From Takakia lepidozioides (Eukaryota > Plantae > Bryophyta), in NCBI GenBank assembly GCA_030704615.1, contig CM060733.1:46624001-46688000 (forward strand): a stretch of DNA of 64,000 nt, written 5' to 3'. The notes beneath the pieces are model-generated. The model saw nothing but the letters and a program-made list of their open reading frames with translations. It did not search any database and was not told where the DNA came from. The first letter of the stretch is position 1. The number at the start of each line of letters is the position of its first letter. The position numbers and the translations under genes were made by a program. This document shows, piece by piece, positions 11,935 through 23,844 of this stretch.

Positions 11935-12950
11935 CTGGAATTGTGCCAAATGTCAATTTGAACACTGCCCTGGCAGCTTAGGGGAAAGAGGTGCATGGCG
12001 ACATCTTCAGAGTTGGAATTGTACCAGATGTTATTCTGAACAAAACCCTGGTGAACATGTTTGCAAAATGTAGGTGCATCTAGGATGCAAAGGGAGTGTT
12101 CGACACTATGGCTGAACGAGATGTGGTGTCGTGGAGTGCGATGCTTGCATGGTATGCACGGCAGGGACAGGGGATAGAGGTTTTGGAGAGCTATGAGCAA
12201 ATGATGGGGGAAGCACATCATGTTTGTGTGCATTTGCAATGCTTGTGCAAGCCTGGCAGCCGGCCTGGAGAAGGGCAAGAGGTGCATGGGGATATCATCA
12301 AAGGTGGAATTGTGCCAAATGTCAATCTGAACACTGCCCTGGCAGCTTAGGGGAAAGAGGTCCATGGCGACAACTTCAGAGTTGGAATTGTACCAGATGT
12401 CATCCTGAACAAAACCCTGGTGAACATGTTTGCAAAATGTGGGTGCATCTAGGATGCAAAAGGAGTGTTCGACACTATGGCTGAACGAGATGTGGTGTTG
12501 TGGAGTGCGATGCTTGCATGGTATGCACGGCAGGGACGTGGGATGGAGGCTTTGGAGAGCTATGAGCAAATGATGGGGGAAGCACATCATGTTTGTGTGC
12601 ATTTGCAATGCTTGTGCAAGTCTGGCGGCCGGCCTGGAGAAGGACAAGAGGTGCATGGGGATATCATCAAAGCTGGAATTGTGCCAAATGTCAATCTGAA
12701 CACTGCCCTGACAGCTTAGGGGAAAGAGGTCCATGGCGACAACTTCAGAGTTGGAATTGTACCATATGTCATCCTGAACAAAACCCTGGTGAACATGTTT
12801 GCAAAATGTGGGTGCATCTAGGATGCAAAGGGAGTGTTCGACATTATGGCTGAACGAGATGTGGTGTCGTGGAGTGCGATGCTTGCATGGTATGCATGGT
12901 AGGGACGTGGGATGGAGTTGGAGAGCTATGAGCAAATGATGGGGGAAGGG
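11935..12950 (+). repeat. Tandem 369-bp amplification (about 2.7 units) of a PPR pseudogene fragment
   Basis: Unit start GGAATTGTGCCAAATGTCAA at 11937, 12306 and 12675. Each unit encodes ...VFDTMAERDVVSWSAMLAWYA... and carries the same TAG stops. Confidence 0.9.
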
Positions 12951-13094
12951 GGGGCACCTTCTTCAATAGCACAATGGCTACAAGTGGGTAGATGATCAAC
13001 TGGAAACAACAATGGCAACAGTGCAATTGATAGAACAAGGCCCACTGCTAATGAAGGTACCTTCTTCAACATATTTCACCTTGAATTCCCCTAC

Positions 13095-14505
13095 TATCAG
13101 AGTCGTCCCTAAGTATCCAAAAACAGGTAATAGATATGAGAAGAAGCTGTGGGATGAATACTTTTTTGACCCCAGTAACTGGAGGGACAACCGAGGCAAA
13201 AAGGTGAATGCCTGTCAGATTACAAAGTGTAGCAGATGCAATTGACCATAGGAACTAGTGTGATAAGTTAAGTTGGGTGCAATTGCACTCTCCCTTTCCT
13301 CTTTGCTTCTGTTTGCTATTCAAAGGTAGGATTCCTGCCCTTAGTTTAAGTTTCAGTCTGGTGCTGAGAGTGGGTAGACCCTTGAGGTCATCCATGATGT
13401 CCTCCCCCATGTCACAGACTGGAAACAAGTCCAGGGAAGTTTTCTGCCTAACTTCATTTTCATCAGACAATTTTTGGGAAATGGACATGGCTTTGGACAC
13501 TACAACCTCTAAGTCAGTAGGGTTGGGGCATTTGATGGAACAATTCTAAAAGGAGAATGTTTGTCAGATTACCAGATGTCATTCTGAACACTGTCCCTGC
13601 CCTGGTGGACATGTATGCCAAATGTGGGTGCATCGAGGATGCCAAGGGAGTGTTCAACACTATGGCCAAACGAGATGTGGTGTCGTGGAGTGCGATGCTT
13701 GCGGGGTATGCACAGCAGGGGTGTGGGATGGAGGCTCCAACCTATGAGCAAATGATGGGGGAAGGGGTGAAGCCCGCCGACATAAGGTTTGTGTGTGTTT
13801 GCAGTGTGTCTGGCAGCCCTGGAAAAGGGCAAAGAGATCCCTGGTGACATGATCAAATCTGCAATTGTTCCAGATGTCATCCTGAACACTGCTCTGGTGG
13901 CCATATATGCCAAATATGGTAGCATTGAGGATGCCAAGGGAGTGTTCAACACTATGGCTGAATGAGATGTGGTGTTGTGGAATGTGATGTTTGCAGGGTG
14001 TGCAGAGCAGGGGCGCTATATGGGGCTTTGGAGACCTGAAAGCAAATGATGGGGGAAGGGGTGAAGTTTGACCACATAGTGTGCGTTTGCAGTGTGTGTG
14101 CAAGCCTGGCAGCCCTGGAAAAGGGCATCGGAGGTGCATGGTTGCATCACCAAAGCTGGAAATGTACCAGATGGATCAATAGCTACAAGAAACCTGCATG
14201 GGTAGATGGTGACTGGTCAACTAGAAGCTGCGCAGCAGCGGCACAATGATAAACTCAGGCACTGGTAATGAAAGCACCTTCTTCACCCTGTTTTTCCCTC
14301 TTATCAGAATCGGCCCTAAATTTTCATGTTGAATTCTGCAAGTTAGCTGGTTGAGTGAGCCTTTGATAGTTTGGAGCGACTTTGACATGGTACTGCCAAT
14401 GTGACAACAGGGAAGTATCCAAAAACAGGTAACAGCTGAGACGAGGAGAAGCTGTGGAATGAATACTTTTCTGACCCCAGTCAATGGTGGGACAACCGAG
14501 GTAAA
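13095..14505 (+). pseudogene. Shuffled captured fragments: OSB/PDF half-motif, unknown exon-like piece and PPR fragment (largely an inverted copy of 1620-2720)
   Basis: EKLWDEYFFDPSNWRDNRGKK at ~13135-13205. PPR ALVDMYAKCGCIEDAKGVF from 13557. WINSYKKPAWVDG at ~14170 is the reverse complement of ~1960-2000. Confidence 0.8.
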
Positions 14506-15452
14506 AACTTCATGAACTTAAGGCATGAGTGGCTGATTGTTTCATTTTGAACCTGATATGCTTTGAGCCTGGTTCTGGAGATTTATCTCCAGACCTGCAA
14601 TCTGCTTTTGTGATGAGTTTACAATCTGCATATATGGTGGTAAATGTTATATATCAAACCAAGGTTCTTTCCTAAATGTGAATGACCTGGAAACCTTGTT
14701 AGAAAGATGAATGGCTTACGAATTGGACTATGTATGGCTTGACCCATGGATTAAATTTCAAAGGGTTAGAACATGTGTTAGGGTTTTAATATTGAATGGA
14801 TGTGGGACATTGCTAGGGCGCCAGAGCATGACATTCCATGCATTCACGCCATTGGATGCCAAACTTTTTTTGGCACGTTGGACCAAGGTTTGTATGCATT
14901 CACGAACTGCCGACCTTGCTCGTTGCCCGGTTGACCTTGTTTGAAAGTGTCAAAGATGGCGTCCAATTTGGAAGCGTTCCTTCGGAGTGGAAGTGACGTT
15001 TGATGATTTCCATAATTACTAACTTTGTGGGGTGGAGGGGCTTGTGTTAGGCTGCAACTGGAGGCACCTCTCCATGCAGCAGTTTTCGTACTAGAGGTGA
15101 GCATGCATGCACCTGTTGGCTATCAGTTCTGTACAATGTGGCCATTTACATGTTGGGTACTTCAAACGATTAGTAGATGCATTGCTAAATGTAACTACTA
15201 AGGGGTGTTGGGCGTGATATTTGCAGGCTGAGAAAGCCACTCTACCGACAGTGCACCAACTACGGCGCCTTCAAAGGCAACCCCAAATATCAATCCCCTG
15301 CCACAGTGGCAGATATTCTTATGCTACCAAAAGTACTCTGCACTTTGAGTGATTGCTTATACTGGACGGTCCTCATTATCTAGTTTTCAATGTACATGTA
15401 AGTCTTCATGGGTTGATTAATGTGGGTTTTATGGTGGGTTTTATGGTGCAGT

Positions 15453-16790
15453 TTAAGTTGAAGGACAAAATCAGCCTGTATAATCCTCATTTACCATGAC
15501 ACGGGGCTGCTAGCGGAATTGTCACTGGTGTGCCTGGCAAAGACACATATCACTGCCGTGTTATACCTGAAGGATTGTGGCGGGTTGAGGTGAATGATAT
15601 CTATATTGCCAATTGTGTCTTGTCTCACCCTAACAAGGAAGAGGTCCCACCGCAAACAATGTTGGAGGATGTCGTCGGTCTGAATTGTCTTTGGCCAGAG
15701 AAGAACATGAAGAGGGCTTAGATTTTGTTCGCCCGAGCATAGACATTGCTGGCAGTGAGAAGAAGGCAGGAAAGCAGTTTAGTGTTCCTAGCATGCATAT
15801 GGAGACGCCGTGTAGAAGTTAGGCTCAGACTTTTATCATGGCTGGATTTTATTGACAGTGTTCGAACACTTAACTCTCTGGGATTCTAGTATATTTTGTG
15901 GAGCTTGAATCCCCAATGGTACTTCTTTCACTACACTAGTGGTATGTGTTCCTCTAGTCATGTTCATAATCACTTGCACATCACTGTAATAGTGGTATAA
16001 TTTAAAACTGTGGGAGTAGCCAAATGCACACAATTGCCTACATTACCACTCGTATAGTGGTATAAGTAGTCACATATATATTACTGTACTAGTGGTATGA
16101 ATTCCTCCAGTGGTATTTCTAATCACTTACACACCACTCTGTTAGTAATCACTCCAATCCATAGTTCCCACTCAGAGAGACACCATGAATGACTCAAATA
16201 ACTTACACACCACTATGTGGGTAATCATTCCCATGACCTGCTGAGAGACGTCATCCACTCACATAACCACTCTGTGAGTGATAATGTATATTCTCCGTTT
16301 TCATATAATGACTCTATGAGTCATTTTGTGATCACTCAACAAGTGGTTTCGGAAGTCATTGAATTTCACTCCATCCATTTCGTGGCACTGACACACGACA
16401 CGTGTCCATGCTGAGAGTGTCGCCACGTGTCGACATAATCTCATCATCCACGGACCACCGGCTTACACGTCTCCACTACAAAACGGAAGTGGTTACTTTA
16501 CCACTATGACACGTCAGTTTACCACTGTGACACGTCATAAGTGGTTGGTTTACCTCAGTGACTTGTCATAGTGGTTAATTTACCACTGTGACACGTCAGC
16601 TAACAGATGGACCCGGACGTGAGTGGTTCAAACCACTGTCCTTAACCACCGGTGCCACGTAATGTCTTTTACCACTCACTTGTCCTAATGCACTAGTTCT
16701 TTATCACTCTGAGGCCAGAGTGGTTTAGTGTCTTTTACCACTCAAAATGAGTGGTTAACATAGTGGTTATTCCGCGTTTTTCTTCTAGTG
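15453..16790 (+). mobile_element. 3' end of a second CACTA element: TnpA/Tnp1-like domain remnant, ACCACT subterminal repeats and TIR
   Basis: YHCRVIPEGLWRVEV...HPNKEEVPPQTMLEDVVGLNCLW (15530-15721) resembles the En/Spm Tnp1-type domain. Dense ACCACT/AGTGGT repeats at 15930-16770. Ends TTTTTCTTCTAGTG at 16790; no matching left TIR found. Confidence 0.7.
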
Positions 16791-18030
16791 TTGGTATACC
16801 CGGCAAACACGCTTGATGCGATGCGGAAAGTTATACTTTTGCATGTTGGCATAAATGCTATCGACGCTACGGTTCGACATGCGTGCGACACGTTGCAAGC
16901 CTGACAGTGCCCGCTCTACCCGTGCTTCTCTGGAGGCCAAATGGGTCGCCCATTGTACCCAATTCTCCCAATCGCCATTCAATGGGACCCATGCCCGAAT
17001 CTCCAACGTTTTGGACAAGCGCCATGCAGTTGTCATGGCAATGTCCCGCTCCTTTGTAACGCGGTCGACATCTGATATCAGATTCATCTCAGATTGAATG
17101 GCGACCCTTGAACATTCCCCGGTTTCCAGTACTGGTTCTTTTCCTTTCCTCCTTCTCTCATCCGCAATTCGCTGTTCCTCAACCACGGTTTCATTGGCCA
17201 CAGGGTCAAGGACGTCCGTAATTTCGTGAATGATGAGGTCAATACTGCGATCGGGCATCGCAAACTCTGCATCCATGTCCACGACGTTTGTTTGATCCTC
17301 ATTGTGGACAACAGTTCCTTCATTGTTTGGAGGCATGTCTTGCAATTTAGCTTCCAACTCGGCTATGTGGAGTGTTTGTCAGTCTAGTCGGTTCTGCAGG
17401 GTCTTGATTCGCTGGTCTCTTTCCGCCAGTTGTTCCTCTAACGTTGCAGCCGGTTGTATTCCAAACGTGTCCGGGATGTACTCCAAATCGTATAGCATCA
17501 TGACGTTCCTCCTACTAGCAATTTGCCAATTCACTGGACGCAAAAGTACGACCTCCATGTACAACATGACTGCCAAGGTATATGGGATTTGGTCCTTTAA
17601 GAAAGGTTGACCCCACAATGTGCAATGCACCTTATTTGCCCTATGCTGGAAATGCAAGTTCGTGCAAGACCTGAACTCTGTGTAATTGTTTTGGGTTTGC
17701 ACGTCATGCCTATCTAAAGGCCACAATTGATTGATGTGGTACTACTTCACGAATTTTTTGCATCTCGCCATCGGCCACCTGAACTCTTCCGGAACATCCT
17801 CCCAGCCCTCTTCTGCTAGTATGCTAGAGTCACCATATACTTCCCAATTCAAGTCTTGCCTTGACTTTTTGATAGCTCATCGTCCTGGCCCTCTGCCATT
17901 CTGCAACAATCGGAGCAACATTAAACGAGGTTTATTAATAAGACGCAACTCTAAACCCTTCACCCTAAACAAGTTTGAGTAGGTGTCAGAATAGTTCCTA
18001 AAAGCTATTTTTATAAAATAAAATGATCAT
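16791..18030 (-). pseudogene. Decayed TE-associated ORF of unknown function (coiled-coil)
   Basis: One frame broken by a few stops, joining ORFs 17379..17726 and 16785..17357 (IPYTLAVMLYMEVVLLRPVNW...LEEQLAERDQRIKTLQNRL). It is cut at the CACTA terminus. Confidence 0.4.
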
Positions 18031-18321
18031 GGAAGCTAGAGGAGGGCCTATGGGAGCATTCTGCAACGACCTCACAGACATCACGGCAAAAAATACCCCC
18101 CACCCAACCAATGGCCTCTTTTTCCACGTGACTACGTGTCGTGGAATAATGAACTGTCACGCACACAGAAGTTGTGTGGAGAGGAAGTGAGGGGAGAATG
18201 AGCCTCCCTTGGCTTATATTACCCCCCCCCTCCCTCATTCCTCGGGCCACGCGTAGGGCAAACCTTCTAGAGGCGACCGCCCACTTGGCGGTCGCTCCAT
18301 TTTCCGAAAAAAAAAAATGGA

Positions 18322-20835
18322 GGATTGGGGGTATAGCAGACTAAGGTAAAGGTCATTGCACAGATTCCACGCCCCACGGATATGAGCCGGGTTCGGTCTT
18401 TCCTGGGGTTGACAAACTATTATCAACGGTTTGTCAAGGGATTTCGTGCCATTGCAAAGGCTCTAACCAAGCTGACCAAGGTGGACCAGGAGTGACAGTG
18501 GAAAGATGAGCAAGAACAAGCTTTTCAGGAGCTCAAGGTGATGATGACATCGGCGCCCATCTTGAGACGACTTATCAGGAGGCGTCCCTTTCAGCTGCAC
18601 ATGGATTGAAGCATGCTGGGACTTGGAGCAGTGCTCACACAGGTGGATGATGAGGGGAGAGAGTTCGTAGTGGCTTATGCTAGCCGCTCGAACAACGCTG
18701 CAGAGGCTAAGTATAGCTCATATGAGGGAGAGTGCTTAGCTGCAGTGTGGGCCGTGGCACACTTCAGGCAACCTCTTCACCCTTGTCACGAATCACCAGC
18801 CACTCAAGTGGTTGATGGAGTCAGAAAAGCTTACAGGAAAGCTTGCACGGTGTGCACTCATACTCCAGGAGTATGACTTTCAGGTGGTGCATGAACCCGG
18901 TCTAGTCAATCGGGATGCGAATGGCTTGAGTTGCAATCCATGCATGAGCCAGCAGGATGACACTGGAGCTCGGTGACATGGTGAGACAAACGATGAGATG
19001 GTGCCTAGATAGCACGCATCTGTATTTCTGTTATCTTGGCAGCGGAAGGCTAGGTTGGACCTACAATATGAATGACTGTAGACCAAGTGTCTGAGGACCC
19101 TGAGGTCAGCGATGAGCCAGGTGGCGCCAGAGATATACATGAGGATTCAGCTATGTTGGACTATCTCCGCACTGGAGACACGGCAGCCACTGTGACTGCC
19201 AAGGAGAAGGATCGGATCCTACAACGAGCCAAGAGGTTCAAGTGGGAGGGAACACGCCTGCTCCGAGTGTGGTCCAAGATGGTCGAGTGAGGATTGTGCC
19301 TCACCCAACATAGCGGGCACGGTTAGTGTGGCATGCCCATGAGGAGTTGGGGCATTTTGGGGTGCGACGCACTCACACTTTATTGCAGGGGCAGTATTGG
19401 TGGCGTGGTATGCACACAGAGGTGCAACAATTTGTGGTTAGGTGCATGGTGTGTGATAGGGTGCGTGCTTCATTCAACACCCCTACACCACAATTGCATC
19501 CTCTTCCGATCATGGGATTGGGCTATAGGTGGAGTCTTGATTTCGTAGGGCCGTTGCCACTGACTATGCGCCACAACAAATACGTATTTGGTGATGGTGG
19601 AGCACTTCTCCAAGTGGATCGAGTTGGTTCCATTGCTTGACAAGGCTAGTGAGGGGGCTGCATACGTATTCTTAGATCGTGTGCTTAGCCGATTCGGTGC
19701 TCTAGCTGAGGTACTCACGGACCAAGGAAGAGAGTTCTTGGGGGAGTTTCAAGTGTTATATGACAAGGCCTTGATAGACCACCACACTACTTCTTGGGAT
19801 CATCCTGAGGCCGATGGCTTGGCAGATAGAGTTGTGCAAACGGTTAAGCGAGGATTGCGCAAGTATGGTTTGCAGAAGGGGAACCTAGGAGATTGGGACC
19901 TTCAGCTGCCTTGGTTGGCCATGGGCTACATGTTTAGCAAGCAAGCATCACTTGCCTCGTTCTCACCTTATTTCCTTCTCTTTGGCCGAGAGCCAGATTT
20001 GTCGGCATCTATTCGCACGGAGGCTGCAGTAGTCCTCAATCTTGACAATCCGGACGTGAGGGCACGTGCATGTGATCAGGGCGCGGAGTTGTTCAAGAAG
20101 GTCATGCCCATGGCTTTCAAGAATCTTGCCATCACCCAACACCGCGATATGTTGAGGTATGCCACTATACGTGGTGGAGGATATCGTCTTGGGGTTCAGA
20201 GGTTTAACCTTGGTGACTATGTTTATTTGCAGTAGACTGCTCCGATGACCTTGGATGTGACTGCAGGACGTACTATTTTGAGGGTTCGAGAGGTATTGCC
20301 CTCAGGAGTCATATCTTGGAGGGTCGGGCTGGCATGACTTGCAAGGACCATGTGCGTAACTGCGCGCCATGTCACCTTCCGAATGGTGATGGAAGGATTG
20401 ACCCAACCCTGGCGGTGGTACCTGCAGGTTTGCGGTGCATGTTGTGTGGGTCTGCCAGAGGGGCAGCCACCATGCTGGTGTGTGATCGATGCTCAAGACG
20501 TTGGCACATGGGATGCTTGACGCCACCTCTTGAGATGGTTCCTGATGGACATTGGTTATGTCCACGTTGCATTGGATAGTGGGAGTGGATACAACCATGG
20601 AAGACTAACAAAAAACGCAAGGCCAAGCTACTAGAAGACCAATACACGAAATCCTGGCTCAAGTTCACAGATTGCAAGACGGCGACTAACGATAGGGCTA
20701 CTCTTGTACCCGGCCTCTTGGTCTATAGAGTTTGAGTACAATAGGGACAGTGACAGAGGACTTAGTGAGGTTGTGACTATTACCTCTTGTAGCTATCTGG
20801 AGTTAGAGGTACCAACCACCAGCTAGGGGGGCGAC
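18322..20835 (+). mobile_element. Ty3/gypsy pol remnant: RT end, RNase H, integrase with C-terminal PHD finger, and PPT
   Basis: VRSFLGLTNYY; LGAVLTQ...YSSYEGECLAAVW; HEELGHFG...CMVC; LTDQGREF...HPEADGLA; PHD CMLC...VCDRC...WHMGC...WLCPRC (20316-20579). PPT-like AGCTAGGGGGGCGAC at 20821. Many stops. Confidence 0.9.
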
Positions 20836-20850
20836 GAGGTTTACTATTTC

Positions 20851-20898
20851 ATGAGCGCATGAGCCCATGAGCCTATGAGCCTATGAGCTCATGAGCGG
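20851..20898. repeat. 8-bp tandem repeat (ATGAGCnn)x6 at the junction with the palindrome-bearing element
   Basis: atgagcgc atgagccc atgagcct atgagcct atgagctc atgagcgg. Confidence 0.85.
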
Positions 20899-20997
20899 GC
20901 ATCCGCGGAATTGGAATTTTCCTGCATTTATTGACGGTGTTATGTCCTCTTATCTCGGTAATAGGGTCTGTTTCTCCTGGTCCAGGATGCGGAATGA

Positions 20998-21285
20998 GGT
21001 ATTTCGGCGTCGTTATTCCCAAGAGCAGTGTGCTAAAATGGTGTTTTGAAGACATCCACCGGGGTATTTCGGCACCGAAATTACCTCTTAAAATGTGATA
21101 TAGTGCGGTATTTAATGGCGCAGAACGGGCTATTTGGGCACCAAAATACCCAAGTGGAATGTGCTGAAGTGCCTTGTGCTGAAGGCTTCCATCGCGATAT
21201 TTTGGTACAATAATTCATCCGTGGAATTTTTGAGGCCCATATAACGAAGGCGCGCACTGGGCTATTTCGGCACCAAATTTCCCAA
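20998..21285. repeat. Left array of 5 degenerate ATTTCGGCRCCGAAAT palindromes at 65-67 bp spacing
   Basis: Cores start at 21001, 21066, 21132, 21199 and 21264, with dissimilar spacers. Confidence 0.75.
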
Positions 21286-21526
21286 TAGGAATGTTAGAAA
21301 GGCAGGGTTTTCATGGCTTCAAGTTCTCGGCTCGATGGTGTGCATAAATTACTTGTAGGGTTCTTCACTGAAGTTTGCGTCTCTTCTGCTTTTATTATAC
21401 ATTTTGGTTGGCGGAAGAAATGTAGGGAATCGGACAAGCAGTCTGAACACAATGATTTTTCAAATCGTCAATATTTTCATTAAGTGTTTCAGAACTGTAC
21501 AACAAAAGGATCCAAATGAGACTTTG

Positions 21527-23170
21527 CTATGGTGAGGATCCGCTATCACTGTCCGATGCATCCCTGGCCTCATGCAAGGATGGCTGCCTTCCACCTGCCT
21601 CCGAACCTGCACTGCCGCTATCGCTGTTACTCTGAGAAGCCCTCCCCTCAAAAATACCATCATCACCAGCCGGAACTGTCCACCTGGGTGCGGAAGTGTC
21701 CTCAACATTCCCCTCGCTCTCGGACGCGGATTCTATTACGAACTTCCCTACTCTGCCTTTCACAATTCTATGTTTGGCCTCACGCCTCATTATAATTCTC
21801 TGCTCATTCCCGTATATCAATTGCTCTAACCGAGTAGGCCTATCCTCCCTCCTGATGGCTTCTCTGGCAGCCGTGTCTGCATAGGCTGGTAGAAAAACGG
21901 CTTCTGGGGACTCGCGAGAAACGATTTTCTGGCAAAGAATGGCCGATGCGATTCTGTCTCCTCCTCTGCAACAGGGTCCGATTCGGGCAAGTCTCCCAGC
22001 TTCTCCTCGTCGGACGACTCTGCAAGGCTGAGTGTACGCACAAACATAGAATGAAGTACATTAGAGAATTCAAACAGGGAATCATCGGCAGGTTGCATGG
22101 TCCCTACAACCGAAACCAATACACTTACTATGGTGCAACTCACTCGAAGACAGGCATTGGGAGAAGCGGCTTCGGGCGCCCCTACATCGAACGAATCTCC
22201 TGGACTTCCTCCTCTTCATCTTCCTCCTCCCCTTCCACGTCATCTTCTGCGTTTTTGGGATCCTCAGTCGGAGGCAGACGCTGAAGGCCCGCCAAATTGT
22301 AATCGTACAAGGCCGTATCCCCCTCAAATGAGAACACAAATCGGTTCGACATCCTTCCCGCCCACATACAGGCACCTGCGAATTCATACGACACAACCAC
22401 AGCCAAACTCAAGAATGAGTCGCTTCCTCGCACAAGCAAACATACACAAACGGAAATGGTGTCGATTTCGGTGCCGCATTCAATTAACGTTCTCACCTGT
22501 ATTTGCAGTGACGTCGAGGACCCTGCCTTCAACATCCGTACATGTTTCCATGAGCGTCTGGATGAATGCAGGACTCCTGGTCCTGCCATACCTCCATGGC
22601 TTGCCCGACAAATCACAAAGAATGTCCTTATCTCCCACATGGTTGAACAGGACGTTATACTCCAGTGGATCAACTGTGGAATCAACAAGTCTTCCTGCTT
22701 CACGTAATTTGAATTTCGAATGTTCCTTCACGAAGCAAAATGCCTGAAAGATAAGAGTCTGCAGAGAAGGAAATGTCCTGGAGGTTTTGCTCCTCCGCAG
22801 ACTCCAGTAGGTTCTGATCGTCGCCAAGTCGTACCACGTTGTCGTCCTCTCCTTCTGTCAGCTCAATGGGCCGCCCTTCTGCAGATCCAACTCCCACATC
22901 TCCAACGGCCTCCACCGCATCTGTGTTTTCTGAAATTGACTGCAAACCCAATATCTCCGCTTCCAGTCTCCCTAGGGGTTTTACTGGCGAAGCCATGGGC
23001 TCCTTCTGCTTCCTCGGCTTCCGAACTCTAGGTGGGCTTTTCTGAGGCGATATCTGAGGTGTTGAATGAGGACTCGCCTGCCTCGATGCACTTCCACCTT
23101 GCGAGCGCAGCACCCGGGCAAGAGTATCCAAAGTTGACTGTGTTGCCTCGCCCCCCTGCGATCCCTCCCC
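21527..23170 (-). pseudogene. Spliced gene remnant containing the C-terminal (SAM-binding) half of a beta-class N4C/N6A DNA methyltransferase
   Basis: Removing GT-AG intron 22496..22376 gives GKPWRYGRTRSPAFIQTLMETCTDVEGRVLDVTANTG|ACMWAGRMSNRFVFSFEGDTALYDYNL. This matches the pattern of the N6_N4_Mtase C-terminus (HPtqKP..L...I...t..gd.VLDpF.GsGtt..aa...gR..ig.E.d). Catalytic motif IV not seen; flanks are low-complexity. Confidence 0.65.
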
Positions 23171-23844
23171 AGCTCCCATGTCAAACAAACAGGAAAACAT
23201 GAGACACTGCACGCAAAAAAAAAGGTGTAAAAGGAATATTGCGTATGGAGTGCTTCACATCCGCAAAGCACGAATCTCTCACTGGTGGGCGATCCGAGTC
23301 TCCGGATAACGAGGTCTGCATTTCATGCATGAGACGGAGCTTAAGTCGTGTCGTTGGCGGCTTCCCAAAATCCCGCGTCCTCCTTCTCTTTGCCGGAGTC
23401 GCCTGACCTTCCACAAACTCTATGCTACCACTATGCCGCATAAGGAGAGGAAACACAGGAGAATGTCACTGCAGAAGGGCAAGGAGCGAGAGAGCGAAGC
23501 GGTGGAACATGCAACCACTATGCACGAACAAATGTGTAAGCAGCCACGTCTCCCGAAGCGTTGCCACCGTCCACCACTTTCTGCCGTATGGGTGATGAAG
23601 AGATTGTGACCCCTGACACGTTCGCACGGATGAAGTCGACTGGAACACGACGCGTGCCAGTTCCAGCCACCAGTACAAGACGGTTTATCCGAATTGCGGC
23701 TTCGAAATACCTTCCGTTCACCGGATGCTGTTCCCGGAGCAGCCGACATTGAATGAAATATCCGCACATCATGAAACCCAACCGCCATGAAAATCCCCTG
23801 CCTATGACATTCAACAGTCAGGTCGGTATGTTTCATCAGCGGAC

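Noticed and set aside
11862-12935. 357-aa minus-strand ORF
   Set aside because: Antisense shadow of the tandem PPR fragments.
16474-16790. Mini-CACTA between CACTACAAAA (16474) and TAGTG (16790)
   Set aside because: TIRs match poorly, the flanking trinucleotides differ (CTC vs TTG), and the subterminal repeats extend further left.
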